Positions 17,835-27,619 of a stretch of 64,000 bases of DNA are shown here, piece by piece. The first letter of the stretch is position 1; each line of letters opens with the position of its first letter. The position numbers were made by a program, and so were the translations under genes. The DNA lies in NCBI GenBank assembly GCA_902798755.1, contig CADBYC010000004.1:72135-136134 (forward strand), given 5' to 3'. This DNA comes from an uncultured Ruminococcus sp. GTDB taxonomy: Bacteria > Bacillota > Clostridia > Oscillospirales > Acutalibacteraceae. The notes under the pieces are model-generated. The model saw nothing but the letters and a program-made list of their open reading frames with translations, did no database searches and was not told the origin of the DNA.

Positions 17835-18128
17835 ATGAGCGCTGAATGGATACCGATCGTCACGGCGGCGATATCGGGACTGTCCGCCGCTGTTGCCGCG
17901 ATCACGGTCGCCGTGGTGCAATCGCGCGCCCAGCATAATCAGGTACTTGCCGAAATGGACAAGCGCGACGCGTTGCAGGCACAGCGGATCGAACAGCTCG
18001 AGCTCAAGATGGACAAACACAACCGACTGATCGAGCGCACCTACGCGCTGGAGCAGAAAACGGCTGTCCTCTCGGAGCAATTCTCTGTCACCAGCCACAG
18101 GATCACCGATCTGGAAAACCGAATATAA
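17835..18128 (+). CDS. Phage lysis-module-like small membrane/coiled-coil protein
   Basis: N-terminal hydrophobic helix then RIEQLELKMDKHNRLIERTYALE...HRITDLE, a pattern typical of genes next to holins in Firmicutes phages; terminator at about 18133-18161. Confidence 0.75.
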   Translation: MSAEWIPIVTAAISGLSAAVAAITVAVVQSRAQHNQVLAEMDKRDALQAQRIEQLELKMDKHNRLIERTYALEQKTAVLSEQFSVTSHRITDLENRI

Positions 18129-18292
18129 CAAAGGAGCGCTCCGCCTTGGGCGCTCTTTTTTGTGAAATGTTTCAATTCATGATTGTATCTTCTGAAAAAA
18201 AGTGATATAATGTAAAATAATTTATAATAGGGTCAATATGTGAAGCTATCAGGCTTGCGTTTTGTTCGCCCTATTTCATAAGGAGCAAGGAT

Positions 18293-21200
18293 ATGAAGAA
18301 AAACAAAACCCAGAAAGTCCCTGTCAACCGCGTCGAAGCGGCGCCCGACGTCGGACTTTCTAAGGAGCAAGTTGACGAAAGGGTCAAAAAGGGGCATGTC
18401 AATATCGCGACAGACCCCAACAAGAAAACGACGGGCAAGATCATCGCGGGCAACCTGTTCACGTTCTTCAACATCGTTCTGTTCACGATCGCCGCTGTTT
18501 TCATCGCTTTCACCATCTATCTGACGTCCATCGGGCGTTCGGATATCGTCGATAAGTACTTCGGCTTTTCAAAGTTCATCTTCCTGATCCCCGCGATCAT
18601 GAACGTCGCGATGGGCTCTTATCAGGAGATCAGCAGCATGAAGGTCATCGAAAAGCTGCGCATCGTCACAGGCACCAAAAGTAAGGTAGTCCGCGGCGGC
18701 GAGGTCAAGGCGATTGAGTCCGAAGAGATCGTCCTCGATGATATCGTCGCGCTGTCAGCGGGCGATCAGGCTACCGCCGACCTCATCGTCCTGACGGGCG
18801 AGGTCGAGGTGGACGAATCCATGCTGACCGGTGAATCGGATCACATCAAGAAGCATGCGGGAGATACCATTCTCTCAGGCTCCTCCGTGATCGTCGGCTC
18901 AGCAAGATGCCGCGCCGATAAGGTCGGCGACGATACCTACGCCGCTGAGCTGACCCAGAAGGTCAAGAGCACCTCAGGTCACAAGTCCGAGCTGATGAGC
19001 TCCATCATGAGCATCATCAAGGTGCTGACCGTGTGCCTGCTGTTCGTCGTCGTCACCGCCACCATCACCCTGTGCGTCAAGATCCACGCCACAGGCAGCA
19101 ACGCCGCTATCTGGAACGGCTTACAGCTCTCGCTGAAAGATCCTGTTTCATGGTCGCTGATCTTCCTGACAGACGGCATGTTCGGTATCGGTATGATCCC
19201 CTCGGGTCTGGTGCTGACCACCTCTGTCGCGCTGATGGTCTCCATCGCAGGACTGACAAAGAAGCAGACCCTGATCCAGGAGCTGTATTCTCTCGAAAAC
19301 CTCTCGCGCGTCGACGTTATCTGTCTGGACAAAACAGGTACGCTGACCGACGGCACCATGTCCGTATCCGAAGTCAAGGCTTTCATCCCCGAAGAGGAAG
19401 TCAAGCGCCATATGCGCGTGCTGATCGGCTCCGCGGGCGAGAGAAACGCCACCTCGGAAGCGATCTATCAATATTACGGCGCGGAAGAGAATCCGCAGTT
19501 CAAAGAAGCGATCCCCTTCTCGAGCGCCAACAAATACTCGGGTCTTGTCTATAACGACGGCAAGAAGCTCCTGATGGGCGCTCCCGAATATCTCCTGCCC
19601 GAGAGCGACGAACGCCTGTCCTACGTCGTTGAACGCGCAGAGGACGGCAACCGCGTCATCGCCGTCACCCTCGACGGCGAGCTGATCGCCTTTATCTCCA
19701 TCGAAGATCATATCCGCGAGACCGCGGCTGATACGCTGAAATTCTTCCGTGAAAACGGCGTGACCGTCAAGGTCATCTCGGGCGACAACCCGCTGACCGT
19801 CAGCAAGATCGCCCAGAAGTGCGGTATCGCCTATGCCGACCGCTACATTTCCTTAGCAGGCGTACCGCTCGAGGATATCCCCTCTATCGCGGAGAATTAC
19901 ACGGTATTCGCCCGCGTATCTCCCGAACAGAAGGAAGCGCTGGTCATGGCGCTGCAGGCAAAGAAGCACAAGGTCGCGATGACGGGCGACGGCGTCAACG
20001 ATATCTTGGCGCTCAGGCGCTCCGATTCCTCCATCACCTTCGCCAAGGCGACCGAAGCGGCGAAGTCCTGCTCCGACGTCGTACTGCTCGACAATGATTT
20101 CAGCCACCTGAAGGACGTTGTCGGCGAAGGCAGACGCGTCATCGGCAACACCAGAAAGACCGCCGTTCTCTACCTGATGAAATCCATCGCGGTATTCATT
20201 CTCGCGTTTGCGCTGATCCCGTTCGCGAAGGGTCAGATGTGGTTCTCCATCGAGAACATGTACATGCTGGAAGCGGCTGTCATCGGCACGGGCGGTTTCC
20301 TGCTCTCGCTGGAGCCCCGCCGTACTCCCGTACAAGGCTCGTTCTTCAAATTCATCATATCCCAGTCGATCTGCGCGGGCGCGCTCGGCGCAGTCTCCGT
20401 ACTCCTTCCGATCCTGCTCAACGCGATCCCCAAGGCGCTCGGCTACGCGGCTGTGATCTCTGACGACAGCGTTCGACCGATGATGACGGTCATGCTGTCC
20501 ATCTCGGGTATCATCGTCGTTCTGTCGATGTGTATCCCGTTCAACCGCTACCGCGCGATCGCCCTGACCGCGGTCATCAGCGTAGCGGCCACCCTCGGTC
20601 TGTTACTGCCGTCCTCCTACATCGGCGGCGCTACTGTCGGACCCTCCATGCTGACCTTTGATAAGGCGGCAGGACAAACGGTCTTTGACTGTCAGCTTGC
20701 GCAAGAGGTATTCCACCCGCTGAGATCCCAGCAGGTGCAGTCGATCGTCGGCAACGTCAACAACTTCATCGTCCTGAGAATGTTCCTGTATATCGCGATC
20801 CCGATCTTTATTCTCCTGCGCTTCGCGGCTGAGAACTACGCGCGCAAGGAATTCAAGGACGTCAGGAAGGGACGCGCGTTCCGTATCGGCAGAAGAATGA
20901 TCCTCGCCTCGGGTATCGTTCTGATACTCCACGCGATGCTCGCCTTTGCCGAAGTCATCACGGGCACCGGCTCGATCGTCGACCAGAGTCAGGTCACCGA
21001 CCCGACCTCCGCCGTGATCCTCAACATCTTCTTAGCTCTGGCGCATATCATCATCGGCGCGATCGGCTACCGGCTGTGGATGAGTCCGACCAAGAAGATG
21101 ATCAACGTCACCTTTATCAGCGGTCTGATCTTAGCGACGCTGACGCTGGCTCCCATGACAACGACAGGCATGGACATCACCACCAGCCCGACGCTGATGG

Positions 21201-21307
21201 TCATCGATAACATCGTCCTGATCGCCATTGTGGCGGGCTATCTGATCGGCTGCAGTATCATCATGGACAACTACCAGCTCGGTCTGCTGAAGCCCAGAAA
21301 AAGTTAA
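18293..21307 (+). CDS. P-type ATPase (CtpE-like) with extra C-terminal TM helices
   Basis: LTGES, DKTGTLT, PFSS, ISGDNP, FARVSPEQK, MTGDGVND; TM4 motif GMIPSGL; terminator at about 21325-21360. Confidence 0.93.
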   Translation: MKKNKTQKVPVNRVEAAPDVGLSKEQVDERVKKGHVNIATDPNKKTTGKIIAGNLFTFFNIVLFTIAAVFIAFTIYLTSIGRSDIVDKYFGFSKFIFLIPAIMNVAMGSYQEISSMKVIEKLRIVTGTKSKVVRGGEVKAIESEEIVLDDIVALSAGDQATADLIVLTGEVEVDESMLTGESDHIKKHAGDTILSGSSVIVGSARCRADKVGDDTYAAELTQKVKSTSGHKSELMSSIMSIIKVLTVCLLFVVVTATITLCVKIHATGSNAAIWNGLQLSLKDPVSWSLIFLTDGMFGIGMIPSGLVLTTSVALMVSIAGLTKKQTLIQELYSLENLSRVDVICLDKTGTLTDGTMSVSEVKAFIPEEEVKRHMRVLIGSAGERNATSEAIYQYYGAEENPQFKEAIPFSSANKYSGLVYNDGKKLLMGAPEYLLPESDERLSYVVERAEDGNRVIAVTLDGELIAFISIEDHIRETAADTLKFFRENGVTVKVISGDNPLTVSKIAQKCGIAYADRYISLAGVPLEDIPSIAENYTVFARVSPEQKEALVMALQAKKHKVAMTGDGVNDILALRRSDSSITFAKATEAAKSCSDVVLLDNDFSHLKDVVGEGRRVIGNTRKTAVLYLMKSIAVFILAFALIPFAKGQMWFSIENMYMLEAAVIGTGGFLLSLEPRRTPVQGSFFKFIISQSICAGALGAVSVLLPILLNAIPKALGYAAVISDDSVRPMMTVMLSISGIIVVLSMCIPFNRYRAIALTAVISVAATLGLLLPSSYIGGATVGPSMLTFDKAAGQTVFDCQLAQEVFHPLRSQQVQSIVGNVNNFIVLRMFLYIAIPIFILLRFAAENYARKEFKDVRKGRAFRIGRRMILASGIVLILHAMLAFAEVITGTGSIVDQSQVTDPTSAVILNIFLALAHIIIGAIGYRLWMSPTKKMINVTFISGLILATLTLAPMTTTGMDITTSPTLMVIDNIVLIAIVAGYLIGCSIIMDNYQLGLLKPRKS

Positions 21308-21383
21308 ATAACAACAGATACAACGACCCCCGCTGTCACGACGACAGCGGGGGTTATTTTGCGCTTTGTTCATTTTCAGTATT

Positions 21384-22076
21384 CTATTCAAATAATATGT
21401 CAAAGAATTCATCATAGTCCGCGATCTCATAATCGCACAGATCGCTCTTTGACGGTTCTTCGCCGTTCAGATAATGGCAGGTGGTCAGCCCTGCGTTTCT
21501 GCCGCCGAGCATATCGGAGGTCAGGCTGTCGCCCACCATGATCACGCGGCTTTTGTCCGTAATGCCGAGATCCGTGAAGATATAGTCGAAATACGCCTTG
21601 TCGGGCTTGCTGTGACCGATCTGCTCAGAGATATAGATACCGTCGACATAGGGCCTGAGTGCCGCTTTGTTGAAGCGACCCGTCTGCGGGATCGTCAGAC
21701 CGTTTGTCGCAAGATAGATCTTACAATGCTCATGGAGCTTTTTGACGAATTCCAACGCGCCGTCGAGCAAGAACGCCTGATGAGCGAGATTCCCCTCATA
21801 GGTATCGTTCACGGCGACATAATCGACAGACTCGGCGCCGAGCGATTCAAACAGCCTTTGAAAGCGATAGGGCTTTAGATCCTCTCTGCTCAGCTCGCCG
21901 CGCTCGAGCGCCTTCCAACAGCTCAGATTGATCGCGCTGTAGAGGGTCACGACCTCGTCGGTCGGCTCAACGCCAAACTTTCTCAGCGTCAGGCTGACGG
22001 CGGTTTTTTCCGCTAATTTGAAATCATAGACGGTCTCGTCCGCGTCGAGCAGGACGATGTCGAATCGCTTACGCAA
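21384..22076 (-). CDS. HAD hydrolase, YjjG-like nucleotidase
   Basis: TTG start at 22076 with RBS; LLDADETVYDF, ATNG, KPD, MVGDSLTSD. Confidence 0.9.
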   Translation of the reverse strand: MRKRFDIVLLDADETVYDFKLAEKTAVSLTLRKFGVEPTDEVVTLYSAINLSCWKALERGELSREDLKPYRFQRLFESLGAESVDYVAVNDTYEGNLAHQAFLLDGALEFVKKLHEHCKIYLATNGLTIPQTGRFNKAALRPYVDGIYISEQIGHSKPDKAYFDYIFTDLGITDKSRVIMVGDSLTSDMLGGRNAGLTTCHYLNGEEPSKSDLCDYEIADYDEFFDILFE

Positions 22077-22734
22077 AGTCCTCACCGTCTTTCGTAAAGA
22101 TGCCGACGCGGGTGATATCGGCGTACAGCTCGATACCGATGCTGTCGGCAAAGGCATTGATCAACAGATTAGGATTGATGTTCAGCGTAGAGCCCGCGGG
22201 CAGGGTCAGATCAAACGCCGCCTTCTCCCCTTCGCGTATTTCGAACGAGAGGATATAGGGTTTGAGGTCGACGTCCTTCATACCCTTTTTGGTCTTTTTC
22301 TGCACGATGATCTCGGGCAGATCAACAAAGGCTGTCAGCTTTTGTTTTAATTCTTCAAAAGAAATTTCTCCCTCCGTCATCGGTTCAAGGCTCACGGCAT
22401 ATTTTGCGGAGTCGATGGCGGCAGGCTTGTGGACGGATTCGGCACAGCGGAACACGCGAATGCCCTCGGGCAAACAACTGTTCAGCCGGTCGGGGATCGC
22501 GGATAAGTCCTCGTTATCATCCAGCACGCGGAAATCCATGCTCTCGCACTCTGAGCCGAAGCCCAGCGACAGCGGGAGCGCAAAGGTGATGTAGGCATGC
22601 TGATTAAAGCCCTCGGTACGCCAGATATTCAGTCCGCTTTTACCGATCGCTCGGAGCATAACGCGGTTGGTGTCGAGATGGGAGATATATTTGCAGGAGC
22701 CGAACTTGCGGTAGAACACTCTAACGTTTTTCAT
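22069..22734 (-). CDS. Radical SAM-associated protein (DUF2344/TIGR03936-like)
   Basis: KYISHLD, TEGFNQH, FALPLSLG, KKTKKG; follows the radical SAM gene. Confidence 0.88.
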   Translation of the reverse strand: MKNVRVFYRKFGSCKYISHLDTNRVMLRAIGKSGLNIWRTEGFNQHAYITFALPLSLGFGSECESMDFRVLDDNEDLSAIPDRLNSCLPEGIRVFRCAESVHKPAAIDSAKYAVSLEPMTEGEISFEELKQKLTAFVDLPEIIVQKKTKKGMKDVDLKPYILSFEIREGEKAAFDLTLPAGSTLNINPNLLINAFADSIGIELYADITRVGIFTKDGEDFA

Positions 22735-24580
22735 AGCACACGCCTCCCTTGTATTTTGTACAGCCGCAGCCAAGGCACTTTTCGCGACAGTTGGGAGAAG
22801 CCTCGGAGCTGTAAGCACGCTCGCACTCACGGCGCAAAAATTCCTTTGTCACGCCGTAATCGAGGTGATCCCATGGCAGGACCTCGTCAAAGGAGCGGCG
22901 GCGGTTGGCGTAGAACGCGGGATCGATCCCGCAGGCTTCAAACGCCTCGAGCCAGTTCTGCAAAGAAAAGCAGTCGTTCCAGCCGTCAAAGCGGATGCCC
23001 CTCTTGTGCGCTTCGAGCATCACGGCGTTCAGTCGGCGGTCGCCGCGGGCAAACACCGCCTCGAGATACGAGGTGTCGGAATCGTGATAATTATACGACA
23101 TCTTGCCCGGTGAGATATGGTTGTCGATCATCGTCTGCTTGATGTGCTGCTGTTTCTCGCGCAGTAAATCCATCGTGTCCTGCGGCTCCCACTGGAAGGG
23201 CGTGAAGGGCTTGGGCACAAAGGACGAAGCCGAGACCGTCACGCGCGGGGACTTGCCTTTGGGACGGTTCGGAGTGCTGTAAAAGGTATCGAGCACCTTT
23301 TTGCCGAGCAGCGGGATCTGAGCTACGTCGTCCATCGTTTCGGTCGGCAGACCGATCATGAAATAGAGCTTGACGGTGGTATACCCGCCCTCAAACGCGA
23401 CGCGGCAGGTGTTCATCAGCTCGTCCTCAAAGACGTTTTTATTGATCGCGTTGCGCAGGCGCTGACTGCCCGCCTCGGGAGCGAAGGTCAGACCGCTCTT
23501 GCGCACGGTTTTGATTTCATTCAAGATATCGTCGGAGAAACCGTCGACGCGTAAGGACGGCAGGGATAAGCTGACGTTCTCGGGCTTTGCCCAGGAGTTC
23601 AGCTCACGCAGCAGCGGCACGACCTGCGTGTAGTCGCTCGAGCTCAGCGACGATAACGATACCTCATCATAGCCCGTGTTGCGGCACAGGGCATGGCACT
23701 GCTCGCTGATACATTCCACGCTCTTTTCGCGCACGGGACGGTACAGAAATCCCGCCTGACAGAAGCGGCAGCCGCGGATACACCCGCGGAAGATCTCCTG
23801 CACCGCGCGGTCGTGGACGATCTCGATATTCGGTACGACGAAGTTGTCGGGATAGTAGCTCTCGTCCATGTTCATCATAACGCGCTTTTCGATCACCGCG
23901 GGAGCGTTATCGCGCGGCGTGACGCTCTCGATCGTACCGTCGTCATGGTAGCTCACGTCGTACAGAGAGGGGACGTAAACGCCCTTGATCTGAGAAGCAA
24001 GGCGCAGGAATTCTTCCCTGCTTTTGCCGTCCTTTTTGCACTCTCTGTACAGCTCCATCACTTCGAGGTCGACCTCTTCTCCGTCGCCGAGGAAAAAGAT
24101 GTCGATAAAGTCGGTGATCGGCTCGGGATTGCAGGCGCACGGACCGCCCGCGACGACGATGTGCTTGAGGTCATGCCTGTCCTTGCTCAATAGCGGGATA
24201 TTGCCCAGCTCCAGCATATTCAGGATATTACTGTAGCTCAATTCATATTGCAGGGTAAAGCCGATGAAATCGAAATCCGATAAGGGATCGCCCGACTCGA
24301 GCGCCCACAGCGGGATATCGTGCGCGCGCATCTCCTCTTCCATATCGATCCACGGCGCGAACACGCGCTCGCACCAGATATACGGCTTCTCGTTGAACAG
24401 GCTGTAGAGGATCTTGATACCTAAATGGGACATGCCGATCTCATAGGTATCGGGAAAGCAAAAGGCGAACCGCACGTCCACCTCACGCTTGTCCTTGATG
24501 ACCTCGCCTAACTCCCCGCCGACGTAGCGGCCGGGCTTTTGCACCTTCAGGAGCAGTTTTTCTACTTTTGCAGGATACAT
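22721..24580 (-). CDS. B12-binding radical SAM protein (TIGR03960-like)
   Basis: VQKPGRYVGGE, FPDTYEIGMSHLG, CIRGCRFC, FVPKPFTPFQW. Confidence 0.93.
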   Translation of the reverse strand: MYPAKVEKLLLKVQKPGRYVGGELGEVIKDKREVDVRFAFCFPDTYEIGMSHLGIKILYSLFNEKPYIWCERVFAPWIDMEEEMRAHDIPLWALESGDPLSDFDFIGFTLQYELSYSNILNMLELGNIPLLSKDRHDLKHIVVAGGPCACNPEPITDFIDIFFLGDGEEVDLEVMELYRECKKDGKSREEFLRLASQIKGVYVPSLYDVSYHDDGTIESVTPRDNAPAVIEKRVMMNMDESYYPDNFVVPNIEIVHDRAVQEIFRGCIRGCRFCQAGFLYRPVREKSVECISEQCHALCRNTGYDEVSLSSLSSSDYTQVVPLLRELNSWAKPENVSLSLPSLRVDGFSDDILNEIKTVRKSGLTFAPEAGSQRLRNAINKNVFEDELMNTCRVAFEGGYTTVKLYFMIGLPTETMDDVAQIPLLGKKVLDTFYSTPNRPKGKSPRVTVSASSFVPKPFTPFQWEPQDTMDLLREKQQHIKQTMIDNHISPGKMSYNYHDSDTSYLEAVFARGDRRLNAVMLEAHKRGIRFDGWNDCFSLQNWLEAFEACGIDPAFYANRRRSFDEVLPWDHLDYGVTKEFLRRECERAYSSEASPNCREKCLGCGCTKYKGGVCYEKR

Positions 24581-24589
24581 GGTTTTCTC

Positions 24590-25159
24590 CTATTTTTTCA
24601 AAAATAAAACAGCGATCAAATAAAGGGATATCAATAACAAAGAGTAATTGTATCCGCTTTGAAACAGCATATATATACCCGCTGTCATCAACGGCAGTAA
24701 AATAATAAACGTCGTGATATGTAAAACAATATCGACCCTGCGAGGACTGAGCCGCTTTGCAAGCAGGATACTCAGGAGATGCCCGCCGTCGAGACTGATC
24801 ACAGGCAGGATATTGAACACGCCGAGCGCCAGATGGGGCAGGCCCATTTTCAGGCTGAACGGACACAGAAGCAAAGCAAAGAGGAAATTCGCCGTCACGC
24901 CGCCGAGCGTGATCAGGATATCCGCCCGCAATGTAGGCGCTTTATCGGCTTCGATCAGTATATCAAATAATCTCAGCTTCACCGTTCGCACACGCACACC
25001 GCACAGAAGCATCATCAGTACATGTCCGAGCTCATGCAGGATCGCCGCTGAAAAACAGCAAACGATACGGTTCTCTCGGTCGAGGAGCAGTACGGCGGTC
25101 ATCGCCGCCGCTGCCTCATATCCGATGAGAAAATCAATCTTCCCTATGCGCAGCTTCAT
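24590..25159 (-). CDS. spoIVFB: M50 intramembrane metalloprotease, SpoIVFB-like
   Basis: HELGH, FNILPVISLDGG. Confidence 0.75.
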   Translation of the reverse strand: MKLRIGKIDFLIGYEAAAAMTAVLLLDRENRIVCCFSAAILHELGHVLMMLLCGVRVRTVKLRLFDILIEADKAPTLRADILITLGGVTANFLFALLLCPFSLKMGLPHLALGVFNILPVISLDGGHLLSILLAKRLSPRRVDIVLHITTFIILLPLMTAGIYMLFQSGYNYSLLLISLYLIAVLFLKK

Positions 25160-25511
25160 CGGGCGTCGCTTGTACCTCTACGGGATTCTCGGCGATCAGC
25201 TTGCCGATATCCGCCTTGCGGAACACCTCTTCGGATACCACGGGCTTTTGCAGCTCCTCATGATAATAGTCGATAAAGCTGTAGTAGCCCTCGCTGTCCA
25301 TCGCCTTGAGCAAAAACAAGACAAGCGCCGCCAACAGGCACAGGACGAGCTGTATCGTGATCAATAGCGGCTTACCGCCCTCGCGCTCTGTTTGTTCTAT
25401 GACAGGATCAGGCTGCGCTTCATCGATCGGCACGGTCTCATTGACGATGGGCGCCGTCTCGCGCCAGCCCTCTTCATAGACGATCTCGTTACGTTTGATA
25501 TCGCTCATCAA
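25134..25511 (-). CDS. Single-TM hypothetical protein in the spoIVFA position
   Basis: QLVLCLLAALVLFLLK TM; overlaps the M50 gene; no M23-like domain. Confidence 0.65.
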   Translation of the reverse strand: MMSDIKRNEIVYEEGWRETAPIVNETVPIDEAQPDPVIEQTEREGGKPLLITIQLVLCLLAALVLFLLKAMDSEGYYSFIDYYHEELQKPVVSEEVFRKADIGKLIAENPVEVQATPDEAAHRED

Positions 25512-25523
25512 ATCACCCCATAT

Positions 25524-25550
25524 AATCTATGAGGTGAAGAAAAGAACTAT
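25524..25550 (-). promoter_or_regulatory. Putative SigE promoter
   Basis: Minus strand ATA-16 bp-CATAGATT upstream of the spoIVF-like pair. Confidence 0.5.
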
Positions 25551-26935
25551 TACAGCTTGCTGAATTCCTTTTTGTTCAGCCTGACAAAGAAGATGATGCC
25601 GACGAACAGGCAGAACAGCTCAGCGATCGGGAACGCATACCACATGGTGACCATATTGAGCTTCGAGAGCAGGAACGCCACAGGCAGCAGCACGACCAGC
25701 TGTCTTAACACAGACATCGTCATGCTGTAGAAGCCCTTGCCCACCGCTTGGAACAGGGTGGAGAACATGACGCCGACCGCCGCCATGATGAACGAAATGC
25801 TGATGATACGCAGAACAGGTACGCCGACCTCAGCGAGCAGAGCGTTCGCGGCGGCGTTTTCCTCAGACTCGAAGAGCGATAACAGCCAGCTCGGAGCGAG
25901 TTGGAACAGTACGGTACCTGCCGCCATGATGATGCCCGCGATGATACTGCCCATGCGGAAGGCTTCAAACATGCGCTTTTTGTTGCGCGCGCCGTAGTTG
26001 TAGCCGATGATCGGCGACACGCCTTGGCTGAGTCCGAATACGGGCATAAAGACAAAACTCTGGAGTTTGAAGTAAATACCGAAGGCGTTGATATACGCCG
26101 CGGCGTACTCAGCGGTGATATTGGCGATCGAGATGATTGCGTTGATGCCCGATACCATGACAGAGCCGATGCTCTGCATGATGATCGCGGGGAAACTGAC
26201 AGCGTAGATGTTTTTCAAAACGAGCTTCTGCAATTTAAAGCCCTTGAACGTGATCTTGACCTCATGCTTTCTGACAAAGAGAATGATCAGGATAAAGGTC
26301 ATGGAGCAGATCTGACCGAACACGGTCGCGATCGCCGCGCCGAGAACGCCGAGCTTCGGGAAAAAGCCGATTCCGAAGATCAGCAGAGGGTCAAAGATGA
26401 TATTGACCACCGCGCCGAGGGTCTGGGTCAGCATTGGGATGATCATGTTGCCTGTAGACTGCAGGATCTTCTCACCCATGCACGAGATCATCATGCCGAA
26501 GGAGATACACATGACCACCGTCAGGTAGCTTGCGCCGTCGCTGATAACGTCCGCGTTCGAGGTAAAGAGCGAGATGAACGGACGCGCGACGATCAGCCCC
26601 AGCACGAGAAAGACCAGCCAGTTGATCACCGCCAGCACCAAGCCTGTGGCAGCGGCGGTATTCGCCTCCTGATAATTCTTCGCGCCCAGTCGGCGGGCGA
26701 TCAGGGAGTTGACGCCGACAGCCGTGCCCACGCCGAACGAGATCAGTATCAACTGCAAGGGATACGCCAGCGACACCGCCTGCAGCGCGTCGGGCGAGAA
26801 CCGCGCGACAAAGATACTGTCTACGACATTGTACAGCGCCTGTATCATCATCGAGAACATTGCGGGCAGGGACATTCCCATCAACAGCGGGAACATCGGC
26901 TTGACGCCCATTTTATTCTGACTTAATTCACTCAC
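25550..26935 (-). CDS. MATE family efflux transporter
   Basis: QALYNVVDSIFV, NIIFDPLLIFG, GYNYGA; about 12 TM. Confidence 0.95.
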   Translation of the reverse strand: MSELSQNKMGVKPMFPLLMGMSLPAMFSMMIQALYNVVDSIFVARFSPDALQAVSLAYPLQLILISFGVGTAVGVNSLIARRLGAKNYQEANTAAATGLVLAVINWLVFLVLGLIVARPFISLFTSNADVISDGASYLTVVMCISFGMMISCMGEKILQSTGNMIIPMLTQTLGAVVNIIFDPLLIFGIGFFPKLGVLGAAIATVFGQICSMTFILIILFVRKHEVKITFKGFKLQKLVLKNIYAVSFPAIIMQSIGSVMVSGINAIISIANITAEYAAAYINAFGIYFKLQSFVFMPVFGLSQGVSPIIGYNYGARNKKRMFEAFRMGSIIAGIIMAAGTVLFQLAPSWLLSLFESEENAAANALLAEVGVPVLRIISISFIMAAVGVMFSTLFQAVGKGFYSMTMSVLRQLVVLLPVAFLLSKLNMVTMWYAFPIAELFCLFVGIIFFVRLNKKEFSKL

Positions 26936-27423
26936 TTTGAAACCTTCCTTCGTTCTGTTACTTTTGATTTCCTTATACGATCAATTATCGTGATAAACAG
27001 CAATACGAGCAACGCGCCGAACAATATCCCGCAGGTGTCGATCAGCATATCGGTCACCTGACACGACCGTCCCGCAGGGAATATCTGGATCAGCTCGTCG
27101 CACACAGCGACCAAGGCGCCGATAGGCAGAGCTGTCAGAAGCGTCTTTTTCCTGTCCTTGCGGTACTGATAGACCGTCGTACTCAGCAGTAATCCCAGCA
27201 CGGTGTACTCGGAGAAATGCGCCATTTTGCGGATAAAATTTTCCGTCACCCGGAATGGGATCGGAAACGTAGCAAGAATAGAGTTGATCCAATCCGTCAG
27301 CGGCGAGCTTTGCTCCGTCGATTCTACGGCGCTGAGTGAAGAATTGTAAAAGATCATACCGATCGCCGCTGTGGTCAGCACCGTCAGTATCACCCGTGCC
27401 GTCAAATTTTTCTTATCCTTCAT
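26932..27423 (-). CDS. VanZ family membrane protein
   Basis: IRKMAHFSEY, DELIQIFPAGRS, DMLID. Confidence 0.92.
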   Translation of the reverse strand: MKDKKNLTARVILTVLTTAAIGMIFYNSSLSAVESTEQSSPLTDWINSILATFPIPFRVTENFIRKMAHFSEYTVLGLLLSTTVYQYRKDRKKTLLTALPIGALVAVCDELIQIFPAGRSCQVTDMLIDTCGILFGALLVLLFITIIDRIRKSKVTERRKVSK

Positions 27424-27619
27424 ATGTCACCAAAAAGCCATAGTAATCCAGAGTTATTGTAATCAATTACGCATAAGATGTCAAACAGAATCATATAAGT
27501 TTTAAGTATAATCTAAATAAGTGTTGAAAAGGTTCCTTTTTTCAGTTATAATGCTAAGAGTGACACTCGCTGAAAGTTGAGTATCAAAAAACGATTTTAC
27601 TGCCACAAGGAGTAACGAT

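Noticed and set aside
17783-17845. 20-codon TTG ORF (MRFMYDICFSVHAGVTDNER) before the lysis-like gene
   Set aside because: Has a plausible RBS but is too short and featureless to support without conservation data.
11247-18128. Intact prophage or integrative element at tRNA-Ser
   Set aside because: No integrase, terminase, capsid or replication genes; the tRNA 3' duplication encloses only the IS and about 120 bp.
27561-27586. CIRCE element (tgacactc-N10-gagtatca)
   Set aside because: Spacer is 10 rather than 9, arms deviate from TTAGCACTC, and downstream genes are not chaperones.
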